A stretch of 64,000 bases of DNA from Paraspadella gotoi. Taxonomy: Eukaryota; Animalia; Chaetognatha. Positions 56,787-64,000 of this stretch are shown one piece after another; position 1 is the stretch's first letter, and each line of letters starts with the position of its first letter. A model generated the notes under the pieces. It had not been told where the DNA came from and did not search any database. It was given only the letters and a program-made list of their open reading frames with translations. The stretch spans positions 16,684,005 through 16,748,004 of the forward strand of contig CM119265.1 of assembly GCA_051294375.1 (NCBI GenBank), read 5' to 3'. The translations under genes were made by a program, and so were the position numbers.

Positions 56787-57760
56787 CTGGGCATTTTTGT
56801 TGCAAAATAGCAAAGAAAAAAGGGATTTTTAAGGGAGTTACGCTGAGTGCAAGTGAAAAAACATCAGAATTTAGTTTTTTTAAAATAAGTCTGCGAGATG
56901 ACGAACTGATGTTATAAAAGAGCTTCCATGGAACTTGAAAGAGGCTTGGTGCTCGAGACAATGTCAGCTGTGGTCACTCTGGGAGAGTAACACATTGCAA
57001 GCCGCCATGTCTCTCCAACAGAACTCTTTGTTCGATTCTATCGAAATAAAAGCGCGCTCAGTTTAAAACGTGGACTCAGTTCGGAATCGAAACCTAAAAA
57101 AGAATGAAAAAATTTAAATTAGTTACCACAGTCTGTGGCACAGATTAGACAAAGTAAGATGTTTATAAATTTCATTAAAATTTTAACTATTCAAGAAAGC
57201 GAGTTTATTAACGGAAAAGGTAAAATTATTATACACTGACGAAAAATTCTTGGAACTGTTGTAAGGTATTTGTGAACGAGCATGCTTTAACTTTAACAGT
57301 AAATCAATCCAATCGGAGACAAAAAAATTGTGCACGTGTTCGAAATGGAAAAGATTCGAAAGTAAGGAACAATGCCTCTTAGCCGTAGACTCAGCTGCAG
57401 CCCAAGCGAGAAGGATGAGGAATGAACTGTCTTTTTTGTTTAGACTTTTCTGGCAGGTTGGTCGCCGGATCGTTTGTTCACACAGCTTAGATTGGCTTGT
57501 CATGCTCATGGCCGGTCGGAGAAACAACGCCACCATCAGACCTTTTTTGAATCGAACGCAAATTTAACGATTATTGCGCCCTTTCCCCAATATCTTTTGG
57601 TTTGGTTCTTTTTAAAAAATAAATTAATAAATGCTGTTTTAATATTTATACATAGAAAATAACATGATTGATAAATAATGATAATAATAAATAATAAAAT
57701 AATAATAATTTTGCAAATTTTCATTAATTAGATAACACTGACCTGCCCCTCCCAAAATGA

Positions 57761-58400
57761 ATTATTAGATATAATGATAAGTAAGAATTTTTAAAAAGCA
57801 ATATATATATAATTAAATAATATAGATTAAACAATAAAAACCTTTATAAAATATAAAAATCTTAAAGAACTATTTTTTCCGAAAGAAATAAAGACAAAAT
57901 AAAAAAATAGAAAAATATAATTAGAAAATAGAAAATAGTGAAACAAGTAATTTTGCAAATTTTCATAACAACAGCAGCAGCAACAACAACAACTAGCAGA
58001 ATTCTCAGTCAGGGAAAAATCAAGGAGAAAAAAAAGGCATAGAGCCTAACCTTTCGCTAAAAATATAATCAATTTAAATTGTTTCACTCTAAACAGTAAT
58101 AGTGGTCACTGGTCAGTGGTCACATACAACAATAAACGATAGACAGAGTATGGACAAGGCGAGAAGCTTCGCTCCGATATCCTCTGTCTGGAGATTAAGA
58201 AAAATTCGCCTAATTTAAAAAAAAAATTTATTCCGTTTATTTTTTCTCTGGGGATAAAGGGAAAAAATAAATTATTAGATATAATGATAAGTAAAAATTT
58301 TTAAAAAGCAATATATATATATATATAATTAAATAATATAGATTAAATAAAAAACCCTTATGAAATATAAAAATAGAAAATAGTGAAAAAAATAATTTTT
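57761..58400. repeat. AT-rich direct duplication (~100-170 bp units starting at 57761 and 58271)
   Basis: ATTATTAGATATAATGATAAGTAARAATTTTTAAAAAGCAATATATAT... present twice, 510 bp apart. Confidence 0.7.
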
Positions 58401-58719
58401 CAATTTTGCATTCGAAACACGACAGTTTTCTGTAAAAGGAAATAATTAAATATATCTAAATATAACTAAATATAACTAATGATATCTAATGAATTTATGA
58501 CAGGTTTCTGAAAGGAGAAATCAAAAACAACAATGTTATTTGTACAGGTGATAAATTGTGAAAAACAATGGTTCAAAAAAACAAACTGATAATGCGAAAT
58601 ATTTTATATTTATATTATATCAAGCAGTTGTAAAAGTCAAATTCGCGGAAATGAAAAAGAAAGCAATTGTAAAAAAACCGTATTGGATTTTTAAAAAAAT
58701 AGTATAAGTAATTTAGTAT

Positions 58720-58953
58720 TATGGTTGACTAAAATCCACCAACCGTTCACCAGCGGCCATTGGTGCCAGAGGCAAGTCATTCTCCTCCCAACCCAAAGGT
58801 GCAGGGTTTTAGCCCGGTGGTCGCCGAGCAGATAAGAGGGACAGGGCGCTTAACCCGCCTGTAACACGGTGTTACATTCTGATCTGAAGCTCAGGGACTG
58901 CTTATATTGAAGGGATCTGTCACTAACACATAACAATAATTACTGTCTCTTCA
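58720..58953 (+). mobile_element. tRNA-Gly-like SINE, copy 2
   Basis: GCGGCCA...TGGTCGC acceptor-like stem (58753-58824), CTCCCAA loop, then ~130 bp body shared with 18476-18709. Confidence 0.75.
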
Positions 58954-60659
58954 GTATGAATAAAATCATAATATTCTGTACGAGCGGAATATTATAAGTT
59001 AAGTGTATATTTTGTATATTTTAGGAAAGATACTGATAAACTTTGATAGCAATTTATTGAGTTGGATTGTGGTCTCGGTTTATCAGAAGAAGAGCGTTTC
59101 CCCTTTGAAGAGCAATGCCAATGGAAAGCCGACACTCATATTTTCAGCCCATCTATCGTTTATTACAAAATTAAAAATATTCTCAGTTTGACAATTGTTT
59201 TTCTCTCATTCTCGCGAGAATATCAAATTGTTGTTTTTTCTTTCTCTTTCCAGAAAAAAAGCCGCTACAAGAATTTTAGGTTTTACACTCCTTAGTCTAT
59301 GAGGTTATTTTGCCCCATCGATCTCGTCTCGTGTTTTGATAAATATGTTCTTTTGACTTTTGTTATTTGAAAAAAATGTTCTGTAGAGGGTGACATCGTT
59401 CAACTAAAACTACTTGGAATAAGAAAAGAAAGATATAAGAACACAGTTTTAAGCCAAGTTGTTAGTCTTACTCTTAGCCCTAATGGTAAAAAAAAATCAT
59501 ATATAACCTTGTTCCCCGACAAAAATTTATCCCTTTCTATTCAGCCTCTTAGTCTTAGATATTATGAATTCTCATTAATGATAGGGGTAGCCCCAATTAA
59601 TGGGGTGAGTCAAAAATTTAGAATGAGTACATGCTCAAACGAAAATTTATACTTTCAATGAACAAAAAAAATTGTATATGGCTCTATACCCGAATAATTA
59701 TTTTTTAAATATTTATTTATAGATAGGAAAGGCCAAATTTTTTTATGATAAATTTTTTTATGATAAGTGAGTCAAAAATAAGAAAGACTAAAAAATCGTC
59801 ATCATCATCATCTTTCGATGATTTTATCAGTTTTTTGTATTTTCATTTAGAAAACAGAGGAATTTTTAAAAGCTTTGATTATATCTCTCTTTTAACTTTT
59901 TATGCTCTATCAAAATCCGGCGAATCCGAAACTGTTCTTAAAATTAAAAAAAAAGATTTTGAAATTTTATGATATTATAAGGATATTACTATAAAAAAAT
60001 TCAATTAATGATACGGTTATGCATTTTTTTTTTTGAAAAAAAAAGCTTAATTATTTTTTATTACATTGTTCATTTGCTTAATCTTTTCATCACTTCATTG
60101 AGTAAAGCCATCAGCTTATTAGCACTAGGTCGGCCATAAACTGCCTTGGGGGCCTGGAAAACCCTCAAGCCTGGTTCCAAGCCCAGGACCCGTTCCATAG
60201 CTGCTGAGGAGGCATAGAAGATACGCATAATAGTCTTCAGCCAACTTAGCGTCTTATCCATAATTCTTTGAAATATTATACAACTTCTTTGCCAGGTACT
60301 CTGGGAATGAATAAACGAGACTGTGAGAGTCTTGCGCCTTATTTTCCCAGAAAGCCCCATTTTATCTTAAATTCAAAATTAGTGAGGCGACTTACCTTCG
60401 GTCTCTCTCTCTAAACCCTTCCTCTCTCCTCTTTCTTCGAGCCGGTCTATTCCACACGGTCACTTTGCCATAGCTTTGGCAATGACCTTAGATTGACCGG
60501 ACACAGTAATAGGGCCGAGGCGACCGTAAGGTCAAGTTGGTCCGGGCGATGATAAAAGTGGATCAGGAGAGAGCTAGACTCACTTCTTTTCTACTTCTCT
60601 TAAATCGTCACAATTCTTCACTCTCTCTTCATATTTATTATTACATTCTTCGTCTTCTA

Positions 60660-60985
60660 CATTAGGTTAATTTTTTAAATTATAAATTAGGTTAAAGCTT
60701 TGGGCCAAGGATTAGGTTAATGATTAAGGTTAGGGACTTGGTTTGTGATTAGGGTTAAGGTTTGCTTCAAAAATTTATAAATATATTAAGGATAAAAAAA
60801 TTGGGGCAAAAACGAAAAACGAGTTAAAGGTTAATGTTAAAAATTAGAGATAAGGGTTTAGGGTTAAGTTTCAAGATTTGGTCAGGGTTAAAGATTAGGG
60901 TTAGGGTTTGCTTTATAAATTTATAAATATATTTATTTTAAATATTAAAGTTAAAAAAATTTGGGCAAAAACGAAAAAGCTTTTA
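60660..60985 (+). repeat. Degenerate TTAGGG/TTAAGG-rich repeat with internal duplication
   Basis: TTAGGGTTAAGG, TTTAGGGTTAAG, TTAGGGTTAGGG; block GGTTTGCTT...GGGCAAAAACGAAAA occurs twice (~60760 and ~60905). Confidence 0.55.
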
Positions 60986-63900
60986 AAAATATACAGAGAA
61001 TGATATATAAATTATCTAAATAATAATTGATAATAGAAAAATGCTGATGAAGACTCAAAAATCAAAGTCTAAACATGTCCTTTTTTATATCCAAAAAATA
61101 ATTGTTAGTAATAAATAAAAACTTTGTTTTTTTTTAAAAAACAGATTTAAAATTCTTTTAATCATAAAAACAATAAAAAAAAGTCGAAAGAATCTGTTTT
61201 TTATAATATATTATCTATTTAAATGATTATAATCTAAAAAAATATTATTTATCAACGCAGAGAATGGATTATCAAGTAACTTGCCTCGCTTGGCTTCTCT
61301 GTCTTTTTTTCTGATTGACCAATCAAAGAGGAGGCTTCTCTCAGGAAACCGACGGAAGAGAAACGAGAGAGGGAACTGGATTACTCTTCAACTTACCTTC
61401 AAGAAACTAACATCAAACTCTTTATTGACTATTTGTAATATTGTTTATTGCCTGCCTTTTTTTCTGCATAATCTACATATTTTGTATGTTAATTATCATC
61501 ATCCCCACGTGTTCTTATATCAATAAAACTCCTCCTATTTCACCCGTAATAAACTACGCCTACCTCCTTCATTGTGGTGGCAGCTGTGACATTCGAACCC
61601 TCACCTCCGAAGGCTTTATTTTCTTAAAAAGCACCAATTCAACTGAAATTCGAAAATAAATTAAAGGATAAAGCTTAAGGTTTATTTAAGGTTAAGGATA
61701 AGGTTTAAAGTTTTGATATAAATTAAGGTTAAATATTATGATTGAAATTAGGTTTGCAGGATAAAGGAATAGAAAGGCAGCGCTTTTGGAAAAAAGAGCC
61801 AAAAATTCAATTTAAAAACGAGTTAGAAAATGAAAACCCATTTTCAAAGCTAACTTTTTTCACACATTGTTAAAGAATAAGTCATAAGTCATAAGTCATA
61901 AATGAACTTGGCAATTTCTATTTGACTAACTTTCAAAATAAATGAAATAAACCCTGGTTTGCTAATGGCAGCGTTTTTCTAGCGGCGGGTTTAAAATTGT
62001 CACCTCGTACATTGTACAATGTACATTGTACGTTGTACAATCCGGATATTATGGAAAAGACGCGGTTTATAATTATAGTCACTCTTGTTTTAGTGAGACA
62101 GAAAAAAATTCTTCGCTAAAAAAATGTTACGTTCCGACAAAAATTTATGACGCGAAATTCCGCTCGGATGTCACACACTTTGTTTCCTGGGAAGATGAAA
62201 GGTTTTTCAAAGGATCTCTTTTTCGTCCCTCATAACCTAATGTCGGTGGATTTGTTATCAGTTTATGAAGGCCAGGGTCAACGGCAAACTAAGACGAATA
62301 GGCTCGCGCGCAGAGCTACTGAGGTATTCAGACGGATCCCGGGAAATCTAATTTATCCAATGGAAACAGTATATATCCATCATGTTACGGCGCGCAATAA
62401 AAAGAGGAAGGCGTGACTTATGGCTTCCATTTATTTTAACTCCAATTTCCTTGTTGGATCCTTCCGCAGAAGAGACTCTCCATCTGTTATATTGTGTATT
62501 CTCCGCGGGGAAGCGAGTCTCGTGACAGAAGCGTTTATCTTCGATCAAGGGAAAGGAATTTACAAGTTCTCGCTCCGCCCAGTAATTTGTTATGTTGCCA
62601 GGTGTTTCGTTAAAAAACGAATTGATTGATTTTTGTCATATTTACGTTTTTGTATCTTTTTTTGTTCAAGATTAAAAAAATATTATAAATTCAAAACATT
62701 ATGTAAAAAAGCCAACTCTTCATGCGAGCGATACGACTATCTTTCAATTCCTCACTTCCTCTTCTTTCCTCTTTTGACATTCAACCCTCGTTCATCCTCG
62801 CGCGTCTTCGAATGGCGGCATAAGAGTTGACCGGAAGTTGTTTCGGGGTCGCGGGTCGAAAACCTTTGACCTGTCACTCCCCTTTTTTCCATGCCACGCC
62901 CACGGCGCTGTCCACCCACCACGTCGCCTCAAAAGGGGGCGTCGCCCTAAATCTTCTTCGGCACTGACCCTTTCCCCCGGATTTTTTGTTATCCTTCGCA
63001 ACGAGAAAGGGAGAAAAAGGGTGAGAGTGCAGGAGAGTGGGAGAAAGAGAGGGCGTTTATGGAAAGTCAGACAACTGCTTTTCAAATAGCCTAAGACACA
63101 AAGAAGAAGGTGAGAGGGGTAAATACTAAATAGGATATGCCGACTATAGCGTTATTAATATTTTTATACAACGCATCACTTAATAATAATTAACAAAATT
63201 GACGATGAGGCCCAAAAGAAATTCTCTATAGTCTCCATTCCACATGAGGCGGAGGAATTGGTGTTTACCGTTTAGCCATGAGGAATTGTGCTTTTTGGAC
63301 TAACTTTGAAAATGTAGTTAAAAATGGAAAGTCGAGAAAAAAGTGACGACATGAACAAAAGAACAAGGGAGTAGATGGGAAGCGAAGCTCGGCCTTTGAA
63401 CCGAGATCGGAAGCCTGCCTTCATTTATGGAAAAAAGGGAAGATCTTGCCGGCATGGACCCACATTACCTCACCCCTTCTCGGTTCAACCCGCCATTAAC
63501 ATTTGACCGGGGACCGGCGAGTTCAATTCTCCCTTTTCACTATTTTTTCTTCTGATTCCTAATGTTGTCGTCACCTCAACCGAAACGTGACGTTTCTTGA
63601 ATCTTCAGAATCGTCTGATGGTCGAATGAACGATGAAGACGCCACGGAACTCTAGGTGAAATTAAAAAAAAAAAAAAAATTAGCAAACAAACAAGGGAAC
63701 TGTAAAACGTTTTCGTCATCGTTATCGTGAGATGAAATCGTAAAGATTATCGAGGCGAAAATAATTACGGGCTCGAAAAAGAAACGAAATTAAAATTCTA
63801 GAAAGGAGTCCACGCGTCCGCCATCTTTTATCGAAACAAAAAACGAAAAAAAAAAGAAGATAAGAATTCGAAATTCGAATTGGATTCTCCATTTCTCTCT

Positions 63901-64000
63901 CTTTTCTGTCTCTTTCCTTTTTTCATGCCTGTTTCTCTACTTTTTTGTTTTGCTTATCCGCAATCGCAGAATGAAAGCTCATGAGGCCTTGGAGTTCATT

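Noticed and set aside
57183-57567. Overlapping short ORFs or a Pol III-type ncRNA ending in TTTTTT
   Set aside because: No family motif recognised, and an internal T-run would terminate Pol III earlier
58753-58825. Functional tRNA-Gly gene
   Set aside because: Anticodon stem and T-loop are degenerate, and it is part of a longer dispersed repeat
60070-60360. 96-aa minus-strand ORF
   Set aside because: No recognisable homology; cannot be distinguished from chance or decayed sequence
60366-60420. GAAG|GTAAGT followed by AATTTTGA on the minus strand as a possible SL RNA gene
   Set aside because: Equally explained as a branch point (CTAAT) plus AAG acceptor; single copy, no evident SL stem-loops, and the leader sequence is unknown

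Overview
Eukaryotic (invertebrate metazoan) genomic DNA with GC-moderate exons and short AT-rich spliceosomal introns; the exact taxon cannot be fixed from sequence. From ~57 kb to the window start, 21 housekeeping-type genes plus one pseudogene all lie on the minus strand (transcription order: B3GALT6, WDR12, RPS20b, RPS20a, DAP3, BCH-RhoGAP, INTS14, POU2, THOC1, XAB2, SDAD1, CCDC186, TMX2, MED20, SWSAP1-like, Haspin, SP-RING protein, ANT pseudogene, MYO19-like, SOD1, HDAC8, MMAA). Most stop-to-start gaps are 15-330 nt, and apparently unpaired 3' splice acceptors sit at or just before most start codons. This is the architecture expected of long polycistronic units resolved by spliced-leader trans-splicing. 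The only plus-strand gene, an OATP/SLCO transporter, is nested antisense in an SDAD1 intron. Other notable items are a covarying stem-loop in the 5' leaders of both RPS20 paralogs, a 15-nt MED20/SWSAP1 junction, a structured split-repeat element family, a tRNA-Gly-like SINE and TA-flanked MITEs. Gene identities come from recognised motifs, not database searches, and exon boundaries were read by eye.
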